From an uncultured virus (IMG/VR IMGVR_UViG_3300008114_000015) (lineage: Duplodnaviria; Heunggongvirae; Uroviricota; Caudoviricetes): a DNA stretch of 64,000 nucleotides. Below the pieces are notes generated by a model that was not told where the DNA came from, searched no databases, and saw nothing but the letters and a program-made list of their open reading frames with translations. The DNA lies in the IMG/VR virus record IMGVR_UViG_3300008114_000015; one strand, written 5' to 3'. Positions 19,771 through 30,455 of the stretch are shown in pieces. Numbering within the stretch: position 1 is the stretch's first letter; every line of letters begins with the position of its first letter. The position numbers were made by a program, and so were the translations under genes.

Positions 19771-20924
19771 AAGATGAGTTTTCTAAGTTTATAAACGCTG
19801 GTCAAGAAGGGTCAGACTCGGTAACAAAGGACATCCCAGAAGCTTGGCGTCCTAGATCAGAAATTGGCACAGATGGCGGTTTTGTAATCTCAACCCCAAG
19901 ACCAGACGGAACAACCCCAGGTGCTGAAGAAATATTAAGAGAAGCAAATTTAAACCCGGAAGAGTGGGCAGTAATATCGCATAGAAGGTCTAGATGGCAA
20001 AGGTACGATGGAGAATGGTTAGAATCATTTAGAGTTAATGTAGTTCCAGTAACATCCAGTAGTTCAAACGATTATGACAAAGAAGCTTTAATTGAAAAAC
20101 TTTCAACGTGGGTTCCACAAAATGTACAAAGTTTTAAAGGTGATTTGACCGCAATCTACAGTATTAGCGATACACAATATGGAAAAGACGACACTCCAGC
20201 AATCATAGATAGAGTTCTTGGATCAATAAACTCAACAGTTGAGCACCATAAGAGAATTGCAGCTCAATATGGAATCAATCAAGTTGTTCTTTCCCAACTT
20301 GGAGACTGCGTTGAAGGTATGACAAGCCAAAAGGGTAAAGTCATGGGGCGTCACGACATAGGTGTTTCAGAACAAGTACGAGTTGGTCGCAGAGTCCTTT
20401 TGTCACAGATTAAGGCTTTTGCCCAGTTAGCGGATAAAATTATTGTCCCTGTTGTTCCTGGAAACCACGATGAAGTGCAGCGCTTTTTAGTCGGTAGACC
20501 GGAAGATTCATGGCAAATTGAAGTAGTCGCTGCTGTAGCAGACGCTTGTGCAGAAAACGAATACTTAAAAGATAAAGTTGAATTTAGATTTCCAGCTAAA
20601 GATGACAGCACATTGGCAATAAAGGTGAGCGGTGTTCTTTACGGAATGGCTCATGGTCATCAAGCAAAAGACATGATTAAGTGGTGGCAAGGTCAAGCCC
20701 TTGGTCGTTGTTCAGTTGCTCAGGCAGATATTTTAAATGTTGGTCATTTCCATCACTATTACACAAGAAGCGTTGGTCCTAGATTGTTTGTTCAAAACCC
20801 AACCATGGACAATGGATCCGCTTGGTTCAGGGATAAGAGCGGTTTAGAGAGCGCCCCCGGCATAGTTTCCATGGTGGTGGGCGATGGTTTTGATCCACGC
20901 AGAGAGTTAACTGTGATTGCTTAG
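19761..20924 (+). CDS. Calcineurin-like metallophosphoesterase (Mre11/SbcD-like)
   Basis: SDTQYG, LGDCVEG, PGNHDE, AHGH, GHFHH metal-binding motifs. Confidence 0.85.
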   Translation: MSIKDEFSKFINAGQEGSDSVTKDIPEAWRPRSEIGTDGGFVISTPRPDGTTPGAEEILREANLNPEEWAVISHRRSRWQRYDGEWLESFRVNVVPVTSSSSNDYDKEALIEKLSTWVPQNVQSFKGDLTAIYSISDTQYGKDDTPAIIDRVLGSINSTVEHHKRIAAQYGINQVVLSQLGDCVEGMTSQKGKVMGRHDIGVSEQVRVGRRVLLSQIKAFAQLADKIIVPVVPGNHDEVQRFLVGRPEDSWQIEVVAAVADACAENEYLKDKVEFRFPAKDDSTLAIKVSGVLYGMAHGHQAKDMIKWWQGQALGRCSVAQADILNVGHFHHYYTRSVGPRLFVQNPTMDNGSAWFRDKSGLESAPGIVSMVVGDGFDPRRELTVIA

Positions 20925-20947
20925 GCTCCCTAACTTACAATTAGAGA

Positions 20948-21487
20948 ATGCCTAGTCCACATCAAAACGTCCAATCACTTGGCGCAGGTGGCATGTATGC
21001 CACTAATACAACCTATGGTGGTGGTGGCGTACCCGTCGCTCGTTCTGAAATGGACTTTTTGCGAATGGGTGTTGGTCGTGAACCTCAGGCCGAATATCCG
21101 AATGGTTATTTAGGAACAATTCGTAGCCGTCGAGATGATCGCGGTAGATCTTCCAGCACTTCCGATAAGGTTTTAGATGGCGTAAAGAATCGCGTTGGTC
21201 AGCGTTCTTATCAACGTGGTGTTCACCGTGGTGAGCGTATTGATCCATCAGACTATTATTACCCATCCGGGCTTGAAGCGGATCGTGGAATTAAACGTCA
21301 AATGAAAAGCGTAATGGTCAATGGAGTAAGAATGGCGCCCCGCAATGCGGATGTAGCCAAGTTAGCCCCAGCTCCACACTTACCAAACGACGGAAAAGCC
21401 GGTCCTTCGGTACGTAGTGATTCCCCATACACAATGAATCAAAAGCGCATTAGTCAATTGTCTAACATGCGTCCAGGTTGGAAATAA
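20948..21487 (+). CDS. Hypothetical protein
   Basis: 179 aa Arg/Gly-rich ORF. Confidence 0.6.
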   Translation: MPSPHQNVQSLGAGGMYATNTTYGGGGVPVARSEMDFLRMGVGREPQAEYPNGYLGTIRSRRDDRGRSSSTSDKVLDGVKNRVGQRSYQRGVHRGERIDPSDYYYPSGLEADRGIKRQMKSVMVNGVRMAPRNADVAKLAPAPHLPNDGKAGPSVRSDSPYTMNQKRISQLSNMRPGWK

Positions 21488-21488
21488 C

Positions 21489-21839
21489 ATGGCAGGAAAA
21501 TATCAAGACGGAGTTTACGCACGTAAACCTTGGGTAGCCCCAACAGAGGCGGCGTACCCTCCACAGGCATACATTGGTCCTTTTGCATCCAACATGGAAC
21601 GCTTGGTAAGTCAGTCTTTAGCGGCTTACACCATGACTTCTGAAGAATTACAACAACATGTTCGACCAAACCTGCCACAAATCGAACTTTTCCCAGATAG
21701 ATACGGGTATGTACAAGAAGAACTTGGTATTGAAGATATCATTGAACTTAGTGGTCGCCCGAGACAACGAAACGATTTCTCGGGAGAACCTACAACTCAA
21801 GAGTCTACAAGTCGCAACACTTTAGGAAAGGGCGTTTAA
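21489..21839 (+). CDS. Hypothetical protein
   Basis: 116 aa ORF in operon. Confidence 0.55.
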   Translation: MAGKYQDGVYARKPWVAPTEAAYPPQAYIGPFASNMERLVSQSLAAYTMTSEELQQHVRPNLPQIELFPDRYGYVQEELGIEDIIELSGRPRQRNDFSGEPTTQESTSRNTLGKGV

Positions 21840-21840
21840 G

Positions 21841-22014
21841 ATGGGTCGTAATAACAAAGACTTTAAGTCCTGCCCAGAATGTTATGGTCGTGGATATCTT
21901 GGTTGGGTATCACAAGATAAAAGTGATTATTCAATGGAGACTTGCCCAACTTGCCAAGGTAAAAACGCTAAGCCTTTAGAAGATCAAATCGAAGACTCAT
22001 TTGAGGGGAAATAA
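21841..22014 (+). CDS. Small CxxCxGxG zinc-finger protein (57 aa, not in ORF track)
   Basis: MGRNNKDFKSCPECYGRG...CPTCQGK. Confidence 0.6.
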   Translation: MGRNNKDFKSCPECYGRGYLGWVSQDKSDYSMETCPTCQGKNAKPLEDQIEDSFEGK

Positions 22015-23395
22015 TGAATCCAAATCAAGACCAGTTCCCTAAAAGTTTAATGGGTTTTAAAAACCGAGGAATTGAACTTCCTGAAACTGTAGATTCGTTT
22101 TCATCCTCAGCGTTAGCTGGGCATAAGAAAACAAAATTTTCACAAAACGTAACGGTTATTGAGCCTAGAAATGGTGCTTTTACCGCTTTAACCCCAGAAC
22201 ATTACAACCAGGTAAGCACTGATCTAGTTAACATGCGTAAGTCAGGAGCAGCGGCTGCTTATGGAGCTTCAGTTGCAGACGCTCGTAGAAACAGTTCTTT
22301 TAGAGATGAACTGTCCAAAAAAGACAAAAAAACCATAAAGATAAAGAGCTGATAATGAAAGATCCAGGACTTTTAACCGATAGCACCGGCGAGGGAATGG
22401 CCGGAACTGTTGATACATCCCTAGAAACGCAACAAGATTTGAAGAAAACCTATTACAATGGGTCAAAGCCGTGTATCGAGTGCGGTATCGCTATGAACCC
22501 TGTAGAGGTTTTGCATTCGAGCGGAATGTGCCCAAACTGCACACGCCGTAACCACGCAAAACTAGTGAAAGGACGGATGGCATGACCGTTCGTAAAGCAC
22601 GTTCAGAAAACGCATCCCTTCTTGAGGGAGCAACAGACGGAAAGTACCGCAAGCGCCGTCCAAACACAGAAGTCTCCGCAGGTATGGGAGATCAAATTGT
22701 TGTTAAGAACCGCTCCGGTTTACACCCATACATGAATTATGGATTTGTTAATTCAGAAGAATCAGCAAAGGTAAACCCAGCAGGTAATTAATGAAACCCG
22801 CAAAAGGTCAATTTAAAGATGCTCCATGGCCAACACCTATTGGCATGGGAGCACTTGCATCACCAGATGACTTTATTGCGGCTAAAGAAAGACAATTAGC
22901 GCATCAGCGCGAAGAAGAAGTTTTTGATAAAGGCGGAATGGCCGCTGTTAATAAACTGAGAGGTAAATAGTCATGGCAGATGAGAAAGACTCAGCAGACG
23001 TAGCAGCGGATAAATACGAAGCCGGTCGCAAGCAACGCCGAGAAGTAGGCGCAGCCATTTCACGTGAGCATGAGCTACCTGGCGGAAAAAACAACCCAAT
23101 CCACAGCCGTGTTCCTGGCGCAGATAGCGATAACCCATTGCATCAGCAAATGGCAAAGCATTCAGCAGATTTTATTGCAGCCGCTACTCGAGGAGATCGA
23201 GGAAAGGCTGAGGCTGCAAGAACTGCATTTCATGAGGTTCGTGCTCGTTCTCGCGGAGTCCCAAAAGGCATGGAAGCGCCATGTCCAAGCGGTGGATGCC
23301 GTCGTGCTAACACAGAGAACGTAACTTGTGAGACAACTGGTGGTTGCAAGCCTATTGGCGGTAACCCAGTGAACGTTCGACGCCCCCGGGATTAG
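22014..23395 (+). CDS. Run of small hypothetical genes (22014-22352, 22355-22585, 22582-22791, 22791-22970, 22973-23395)
   Basis: Contiguous or overlapping ORFs, several basic or Cys-containing. Confidence 0.55.
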
Positions 23396-23411
23396 GTGGT
23401 AGTCTTGGCGC

Positions 23412-23969
23412 ATGTCAACAACCGCCAAGCATTTAGACGAAGTACCAAAGGTCCTTGTATTAGCCTGTTTTAGTTGCAATACCATGGAAGAAATTTGGTA
23501 TGACGATAGATATCCAATCACTAAACCAGACGGATCTTTAGGTCACGATCAAAAAAACAATCCATTTTTGCCTTCAATAGTTGAACGTCACCCAGAAAGT
23601 AAATGCCCTAAAGGGTTGTTGTTTGATGTTCCAACAGCTATTTGGCAACATAAAGACTCAAGACAACAAATTGTTGATCAATTACGTAAGGGATCACCAG
23701 GTCTTGACGTATTTAAAACTAACTTTTACGACACTAAAGCCAATTTTTCAGCCGACGCATTAGAGTGTTATAGACAACATAACAGACCAAAAGGTCAATG
23801 CCCTGACTACAAGTCAGATAAAAAGATGTTAACTCCTGACACAGCCAAAGAAAGAATTGAGGCTGGATTAGATCCAAGCAAACTTCCTAAAGCTTATTTG
23901 TGTGATTTTTGCCCAGTTAAGTCATACAACATGAAGAAGCACAATGAAGAAAAAGGTTTGTATAACTAA
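23412..23969 (+). CDS. Cys-rich hypothetical protein
   Basis: CFSC, CYRQH...C, LCDFCPVK. Confidence 0.6.
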   Translation: MSTTAKHLDEVPKVLVLACFSCNTMEEIWYDDRYPITKPDGSLGHDQKNNPFLPSIVERHPESKCPKGLLFDVPTAIWQHKDSRQQIVDQLRKGSPGLDVFKTNFYDTKANFSADALECYRQHNRPKGQCPDYKSDKKMLTPDTAKERIEAGLDPSKLPKAYLCDFCPVKSYNMKKHNEEKGLYN

Positions 23970-24259
23970 TGGAAGAAATTGCAAAAATAGAAAGAGCAGA
24001 CACAGAGACTGCTTTTATCTTGGCAAAGCAATGGGACGGCAGTTGGTTGGTGATTACAGATATGTCCCAGGCTTTCACAATTGAACGAGAGTCCCAACGG
24101 CACGATGTAAAGACAGGTTGCCGTGAAATGTATGAGTTTTTAGCAGATGAGGATTTGGCTACCCACATAGTCAACAAACTTTCGTCCGCTAACAGGTCGG
24201 ATAGCCAGCGAACTAGTGAGGCTATACGGCATGCTTTGACGGAGCGAGAGATTCTGTAA
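23969..24259 (+). CDS. Hypothetical protein
   Basis: 96 aa coupled ORF. Confidence 0.55.
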   Translation: MEEIAKIERADTETAFILAKQWDGSWLVITDMSQAFTIERESQRHDVKTGCREMYEFLADEDLATHIVNKLSSANRSDSQRTSEAIRHALTEREIL

Positions 24260-24277
24260 CGACAGAGGGGACCCAAA

Positions 24278-24853
24278 TTGACCACATTAGTGGCAGTTCA
24301 AGGTAACGGCTGGACCGCAATAGGTTGCGATAGTCGTGCAACTGAAGACAACGGCATGGTCATGCAACTAGCAACACCAAAGGTTGTAGAGAACAACGGA
24401 TATTTAATTGCCGTAGCCGGAGCATCAAGAGGCGGTAACTTGGTCCAATTTGGTTGGAAACCACCAAAGCCAAAGTCAACTTTAACTTTACAGGCCCTAG
24501 ACACTTTTATGACCAAAAGGTTTATACCAGAACTAAGAAAGTTATTTATTGATTCTGGTTTTGATATGAAGGACGACGGGGACACAGCTAGCTTTGACTC
24601 TAATTTAATCGTTTCCATTCAAGGGGTTTTATATCCAATATTTGAGGATTACTCATGGGACAGAGAAGAAAGAAACATATACATAGCCGGTAGTGGTTCG
24701 TCCTATGCCCTTGGAGCTATGTGTGCTCAAGGTTATGAGAAATGTAGGACCCCCGAACAAGCAGAGAAGATGATCCGCAAGTCAATTGAGATTGCAAAAC
24801 AATGGGATGCTTTTACTGCCGGAGATATACACACCTATACCCAGCGTAAATAG
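24278..24853 (+). CDS. HslV/proteasome-beta-like Ntn-hydrolase protease
   Basis: N-terminal (M)TTLVAV, DSRAT, KV, AGSGSSYALGA, D.FTAG. Confidence 0.8.
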   Translation: MTTLVAVQGNGWTAIGCDSRATEDNGMVMQLATPKVVENNGYLIAVAGASRGGNLVQFGWKPPKPKSTLTLQALDTFMTKRFIPELRKLFIDSGFDMKDDGDTASFDSNLIVSIQGVLYPIFEDYSWDREERNIYIAGSGSSYALGAMCAQGYEKCRTPEQAEKMIRKSIEIAKQWDAFTAGDIHTYTQRK

Positions 24854-24867
24854 CATAAAATAAAGTC

Positions 24868-25800
24868 ATGGACTTTTACGAAGCGCTGGCCGCAAAAGCA
24901 ACACCAGTAAACATAGAGCCATCACAGACTTCGTATTTCAGCGCCCCGCAAGTAGGGTTAGATCCAAGATTATTTAGAAACAATAAGTTAATACCATCAG
25001 TTAGAAATGCGGTCTTGACCGTATTGTTTAACCACTTATCCTCCAAATACCAAAGCCCATACGATTGGACTTACGCATGGTTGGCGGGTTCCGGCGTATC
25101 GCACCAGTGGGCAGCTAAAAGATGGCCAGGAGATCTAGATTGCTTAGTTGGAGTTGACTACAACGGGTTCCGTCGCGCCAACACAAAATATTCGGGATTA
25201 AGCGACAAAGAGATTTCGCAGATGTTTAATGAGCACTTTCGTGAAGAATTGTGGCCGCAAACAACAGAGTTTTTAAATACTTTTGAACTTACATTCTATG
25301 TAAACGTACAGACAGATATAAAAAAGATCAAACCATATGCGGCTTATTCGTTAATTAATGATGATTGGGTAGTAGAGCCAACAGTTGTTCAAGCACCAAA
25401 CAGCGGAGATTGGGTATCTAAATCAGAGTCAGACAAAACCAGAGTTGCAGAGTTAATTGCAAGATATGCAGCAGCACTGCAACAAATACAAACGGCTACA
25501 AACCCAGCATCAAGATTAAACGCAGAGCGAGCACTTAAACTGGCTGTTGATCAAGGAGCTGCTTTGTACGATGAGATTCATGAAGGTCGCAAATATGCGT
25601 TTAGTGAGTCTGGGGAAGGCTATTTAGATTTTGCTAACTTCAGGTGGCAGGCTGGTAAAGAGTCTGGAATTGTTCAGGCGCTTGCCAAAATGAAAGAAAT
25701 ATCAGATATGTCCGCTAAAGAGTTTTCAGCAGCCACGTATGGTATAGAGTTACCTTCAGTTTCAACCCTTATTAGGAGAGCAGCTACCTACAAGCAGTAG
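24868..25800 (+). CDS. Pol-beta-superfamily nucleotidyltransferase
   Basis: LAGSGVSHQW...GDLDCLVGVD, ELTFYV. Confidence 0.7.
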   Translation: MDFYEALAAKATPVNIEPSQTSYFSAPQVGLDPRLFRNNKLIPSVRNAVLTVLFNHLSSKYQSPYDWTYAWLAGSGVSHQWAAKRWPGDLDCLVGVDYNGFRRANTKYSGLSDKEISQMFNEHFREELWPQTTEFLNTFELTFYVNVQTDIKKIKPYAAYSLINDDWVVEPTVVQAPNSGDWVSKSESDKTRVAELIARYAAALQQIQTATNPASRLNAERALKLAVDQGAALYDEIHEGRKYAFSESGEGYLDFANFRWQAGKESGIVQALAKMKEISDMSAKEFSAATYGIELPSVSTLIRRAATYKQ

Positions 25801-25824
25801 CAGAGAGTCGACGGAGCATAAACT

Positions 25825-26277
25825 GTGGCGGTTTTGATGTATATAGATGGCGTGCTTTCCAACAAAGGAGTAGCCATAAAAGACGGGTTAGCCTTGTATC
25901 GAACCCTAAAAGAAAAGATGGCTGTAATCCTTTTATGTGAGGATAAAGAAAAAGCAGACCGCTGGTTAAGAGAAAACAAGATTCTGCAAGTAGACAACAT
26001 AGTTGATCAAAAACTTCCCGGAGCCTTAGATGATGTGCTTTTTAGACAAGCAGAGTGGTGTAGATCCCAGGGTCCAGTAGATTATGTAGTTACTTCAGAT
26101 GTAGACCTGAGTAAAAAACTATTAGAGTTCGGTTTTAGGGTATTGCTGTTTTTAGACCCTGTATACCTAGACCATAAGTTCCGACCAGATACCAGAACCG
26201 GTATGAAAAGCTGGTCAGATATAAAGGCAGAGTTAGATAAACAACAGGATCTGTATTTGGAGGATCCTCGTAAATGA
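25825..26277 (+). CDS. HAD-like protein
   Basis: LMYIDGVL degenerate HAD motif I; ADRWLREN. Confidence 0.5.
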   Translation: MAVLMYIDGVLSNKGVAIKDGLALYRTLKEKMAVILLCEDKEKADRWLRENKILQVDNIVDQKLPGALDDVLFRQAEWCRSQGPVDYVVTSDVDLSKKLLEFGFRVLLFLDPVYLDHKFRPDTRTGMKSWSDIKAELDKQQDLYLEDPRK

Positions 26278-27740
26278 GACTTTTTTACCTAGGGGCTGAG
26301 GTCCCTAGTAATCGGCTACTGCTTGGATCAGCCGGAGCTACGGCAGTTGGGTTTAGCTATTGGAGAGCCAGCAAACGCGGATTGCCTAAAACTAAAACAT
26401 ACCTGTTAGCTAACTATTTTCCTGAGGATATGGCAATTCTGGTTCACCCCGGCATACCAAAGACTCAAGAGTTAGAACGAGTAGCCCTTGAAGAGTTTGC
26501 GGCAGACTATGAAGAGTTCATAATGAACAACATAGACCGAATTACCTACTTCACAGAGATAGCGCACCATCAAGTTGGACCTGACTTTATACGAGATCAA
26601 CGAGATACCGTCTGGGGCGAGGTTCCACCAGCCAAGTTCTTGCCGGTCTGGAGGACCGAAAGCGGGCAGTCTGGGCTTGAGGAACTGGCAGAACGGTATT
26701 TGGATATATCCATACCAGGCGAAGCCATAGACGAGTCTGTATGGCTTTCTAGGACCGCCAGAGGGCTTAAGAACAAGCACGAGACCAGACTCCATGCAAT
26801 GGGGACCATTCGACCAGATAACCTGCGTCAGGTGCCCGTAGAGACCGCCAGCACCATGTCTTGGCTGTCACCTATGACTAGAGGTGAGACCATTGTTTGG
26901 GACGGTACAAGATTGGTCCGGTATCCAAAAAGCATGAAAGAACAGGCCAGGCCTCGTCATAAAGCAATTTATGAAAAGGCGAATTTAAGCTTCGAAAAGA
27001 TCGTAGCGGATGATTCTGAAGAACTATGCAAGTTAGCGGTTTGGTCGTTTGACCAACTAGAAACGAGGTTGAGTATGACCAAAGATCCGAACATATACGA
27101 TAGTTTCGAGGATCCAGCTGGTGAAGACTTTGCGGAAAACCTACCCGCAATATCGGATAGGTCAGGGGTTGAGATGCGGAAACTTGAACCGCGAAATCCA
27201 GAGGAAATGACCAATCTTCCAGTGTTTGGTTTTGGTGTTAAGACCATTATTGAGAAGGATGATTCAGGTAACGATGTACTTAAAGATGTACCAGTTATGC
27301 AAACCAGAGATAGTAGTTTGCGACAGTGCGATACATGCTTTGTAGCATCAAATTGTCCAGCATTTAAACCTCAAAATACCTGCGCCTTTAAGCTTCCAGT
27401 AGAGGTTAAGACTAAAGAACAACTTAAGAGTTTGATCAATGCAATCATTGAAATGCAGGGTCAAAGGGTAGCTTTTATGCGATTTGCAGAGGAAATGAAC
27501 GGCGGATACGCTGACCCCAATGTATCGCAAGAGATCGATAGGTTATTCAAACTTATCAAAACAACTAAGGAATTGGATGACTCAAGAGAGTTCATTCGGA
27601 TGACTGTAGAGCGCCAAGGATCTGCCGGAGTTCTATCCCAAATTTTTGGGGAGAAGGCTCAAGTTCTTAAAGAGTTACCTAATGAAGGACTCAATGAGGA
27701 CCAGACAACTCAGATAATTAAGGGCGCAATCGAAGAGTAA
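26274..27740 (+). CDS. TGT/DpdA-like TIM-barrel domain fused to a Cys-rich C-terminal domain
   Basis: FLPVW, RLHAMG...VPVETASTMSW resembles the TGT-like H.LG...P..S.DS.SW motif; CDTC...CPAF...C in the C-terminus. Confidence 0.5.
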   Translation: MRLFYLGAEVPSNRLLLGSAGATAVGFSYWRASKRGLPKTKTYLLANYFPEDMAILVHPGIPKTQELERVALEEFAADYEEFIMNNIDRITYFTEIAHHQVGPDFIRDQRDTVWGEVPPAKFLPVWRTESGQSGLEELAERYLDISIPGEAIDESVWLSRTARGLKNKHETRLHAMGTIRPDNLRQVPVETASTMSWLSPMTRGETIVWDGTRLVRYPKSMKEQARPRHKAIYEKANLSFEKIVADDSEELCKLAVWSFDQLETRLSMTKDPNIYDSFEDPAGEDFAENLPAISDRSGVEMRKLEPRNPEEMTNLPVFGFGVKTIIEKDDSGNDVLKDVPVMQTRDSSLRQCDTCFVASNCPAFKPQNTCAFKLPVEVKTKEQLKSLINAIIEMQGQRVAFMRFAEEMNGGYADPNVSQEIDRLFKLIKTTKELDDSREFIRMTVERQGSAGVLSQIFGEKAQVLKELPNEGLNEDQTTQIIKGAIEE

Positions 27741-27869
27741 ACATATCGTATATGTTCTATTTCTAGAGCATGAAACGATACAAGCATAAAACGGTTTCGA
27801 AGACTTGCTGAACTAAGGCAGGTCGATAAGTAGAATAACAAGTTCACCATTAGGGGAAAGGATTTATAT

Positions 27870-29903
27870 ATGTCATTAAGTTTTCGACTAGCGGACGAGT
27901 TCGTGTCCACCTACAAGGAGAAGCAGGTCCCTTGGGGCTATAAAGATGCAGCCGGAAACTCAGTAGGAGAGATCACATTCCTACGAACTTACTCAAGACT
28001 CAAAGAGGACGGGACAAAGGAAACTTGGGTAGACGTTTGTGAGCGAGTAATCAATGGCATGTATTCATTACAAAAAGACCACTGCAAATCCAACCGACTC
28101 CCATGGAATGATGCACGAGCTCAGGCATCAGCCAAAGAAGCCTTTGATCGCCTGTTTCATTTGAAGTGGACTCCACCCGGACGTGGGTTGTGGGTTATGG
28201 GAACCCCACTGGTAAACGAGCAAAAAAACTCTGCAGCTTTGCAGAACTGTGCATTCGTTTCAACCACATCAATGACTAAAATAGACCCCGCAAGACCATT
28301 CGCATTTCTAATGGAAGCATCGATGCTTGGCGTTGGAGTTGGTTTTGACGATAAAGGCGCAGACAAAGAATTCCAAATCTACGAACCACAGGAAGGAGAC
28401 ACTCATGTCGTCCCAGACACCAGAGAAGGATGGGTTGATTCCGTCACACTCCTCATCAATTCCTACCTCCGACCAGATCAGAAGGCTCCACTATTTGATT
28501 ACAAAGAGGTCCGCCCAGCAGGTACGCCAATCAAAACTTTTGGGGGAACAGCGGCCGGGCACGAGCCGTTAGAAAAACTTCACAACCATATTCGTAAACT
28601 GTTTACGGGTAGGGCTGGAGAGAAGTTAACTCGCACTGATATAGCCGATCTTGGAAACCTAATCGGGGTTTGTGTTGTAAGCGGCAACGTACGTCGTTCT
28701 GCTGAGCTTTTAATTGGTAGAGCGGATGACGAGAACTTCCTTAACCTAAAGAACGCTGAAGTATTTCCGGAGCGCAACTCCTATGATCCTAAGAATCCAG
28801 GCTGGGCATGGATGAGCAATAACTCCATTGACGCAACCGTTGGTATGGACTTAAACAAGATCGTAGATGGTATTGCGTTAAACGGTGAGCCAGGTGTTGT
28901 ATGGATGGACATGAGCCGTAAGTATGGGCGTATCAAAGATGGTGTTAATAACAAAGACTGGCGTGTAGCTGGGTATAACCCATGTGCTGAACAGAGCCTT
29001 GAGTCATATGAAATGTGCACACTTGTAGAAACTTATTTAAATCGTCATGACAGCCTTGAAGATTTCAAGCGCACACTTAAGTTTGCGTATTTATATGCCA
29101 AGACTGTAACCCTGTTGCCTACCCACTGGGAAGAAACCAATGCAATCATGCAACGCAATCGCCGTATTGGAACATCTATTTCAGGCGTAGCTAACTTTGC
29201 AGATACCAAAGGCATGCCGGCATTACGTGAATGGATGGATGCAGGATATGAAGTCGTAAAGCAATACGACGTTACATATTCAGAGTGGCTATGTACCCGT
29301 GAGTCAATCAAGATGACAACAGTTAAGCCATCAGGAACAGTTTCAATACTTGCAGGTGAATCACCAGGAGTTCACTGGACACCAGGAGGTGAATACTTCC
29401 TCCGCGCTATTAGATTTAGCAATGAAGATCCGATGTTGCCGTTATTTAAGATGGCTAACTATCGGGTAGAGAAGGCATCAGAATCACCAAAGACAACCTC
29501 TGTGGTGTTCTTCCCTATTAAATCTAATGCTAAACGCTCGGAGAAAGACGTATCAATTTATGAAAAGATGCACCTTGCTTCGACCGCTCAATACTATTGG
29601 TCCGACAATTCTGTTTCAGTGACAGTATCCTTTAACAAAGATACGGAGAAGTCAGCTGTAGGTACAGCGCTTCACATGTTCGACGGACAGCTCAAAACCG
29701 TTTCCTTCTTACCGATGGGGAACGAGACCTATCCGCAGATGCCGTACACCCAGATTACTGAAAAAGAATATGAAGATGCAACGATGAAATTATTCCCCAT
29801 AGATTTCAGCGGAGTATACGCAGGACTTGCAGCCGATGCGATTGGTGAGGCATACTGCACAACTGATGCATGTGAGATCAAATTAATTAAGGAGAATCAA
29901 TGA
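27870..29903 (+). CDS. nrdJ: Class II (adenosylcobalamin-dependent) ribonucleotide reductase, monomeric RTPR type
   Basis: RTYSR, PPGRGLW, LQNCAF, GNVRRSAE, NPCAEQ, TTVKPSGT, C-terminal CTTDAC. Confidence 0.95.
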   Translation: MSLSFRLADEFVSTYKEKQVPWGYKDAAGNSVGEITFLRTYSRLKEDGTKETWVDVCERVINGMYSLQKDHCKSNRLPWNDARAQASAKEAFDRLFHLKWTPPGRGLWVMGTPLVNEQKNSAALQNCAFVSTTSMTKIDPARPFAFLMEASMLGVGVGFDDKGADKEFQIYEPQEGDTHVVPDTREGWVDSVTLLINSYLRPDQKAPLFDYKEVRPAGTPIKTFGGTAAGHEPLEKLHNHIRKLFTGRAGEKLTRTDIADLGNLIGVCVVSGNVRRSAELLIGRADDENFLNLKNAEVFPERNSYDPKNPGWAWMSNNSIDATVGMDLNKIVDGIALNGEPGVVWMDMSRKYGRIKDGVNNKDWRVAGYNPCAEQSLESYEMCTLVETYLNRHDSLEDFKRTLKFAYLYAKTVTLLPTHWEETNAIMQRNRRIGTSISGVANFADTKGMPALREWMDAGYEVVKQYDVTYSEWLCTRESIKMTTVKPSGTVSILAGESPGVHWTPGGEYFLRAIRFSNEDPMLPLFKMANYRVEKASESPKTTSVVFFPIKSNAKRSEKDVSIYEKMHLASTAQYYWSDNSVSVTVSFNKDTEKSAVGTALHMFDGQLKTVSFLPMGNETYPQMPYTQITEKEYEDATMKLFPIDFSGVYAGLAADAIGEAYCTTDACEIKLIKENQ

Positions 29904-30148
29904 GCACTACGGTATATACAAAACCAGATTGCCCACAATGCGATGCAACTAAAAAGTATTTAAACAAATACGGTATTGAATTTAATACTGTTGACATAAC
30001 TGAAAACAAAGATGCTTATGATCTAGTAGTTTCTATGGGGTATAAATACACTCCGGTTGTGGTCAGCAATAACAATCATTGGTCTGGATTTAGACCAGAT
30101 AAAATTGCTTCATTAAGAACAGTGAAACCGGAGAGTAATGCGCTTTAG
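29900..30148 (+). CDS. nrdH: NrdH-like glutaredoxin
   Basis: VYTKPDCPQC...TPVV...WSGFRPDKI. Confidence 0.9.
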   Translation: MSTTVYTKPDCPQCDATKKYLNKYGIEFNTVDITENKDAYDLVVSMGYKYTPVVVSNNNHWSGFRPDKIASLRTVKPESNAL

Positions 30149-30398
30149 TGGCACCCCTTCATGTTTAGGACTTGACACTGAATTGTTCTTTCCTGATGAA
30201 GGAATGCATTATCAACAGTTGGGTCATGTGAAGAGAATATGTAAAAACTGCCCAGTTCAAGATGAATGTTTTAAATACGCAATAGAGAATAAAGTTCAAG
30301 GAATATGGGCGGGCACTACGACAGATCAAAGAGATGAGTACAGAAGAAAGCACAGAATTATAGGTAAAGAAGTACTGCCAGAAATATTGTCGTACTAA
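30138..30398 (+). CDS. whiB: Second WhiB-family transcription factor
   Basis: C...DTELFFP, ICKNCPVQDEC, GIWAGTT..QR. Confidence 0.9.
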   Translation: MRFSGTPSCLGLDTELFFPDEGMHYQQLGHVKRICKNCPVQDECFKYAIENKVQGIWAGTTTDQRDEYRRKHRIIGKEVLPEILSY

Positions 30399-30400
30399 AG

Positions 30401-30452
30401 AAAAGCCCCCAGCATGTCGGTCACAGCCGATGCTTAATGCTGGGGGTTATTC
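30401..30452. terminator. Bidirectional terminator between convergent operons
   Basis: AAAAGCCCCCAGCAT...ATGCTGGGGGTTATT. Confidence 0.75.
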
Positions 30453-30455
30453 TAT

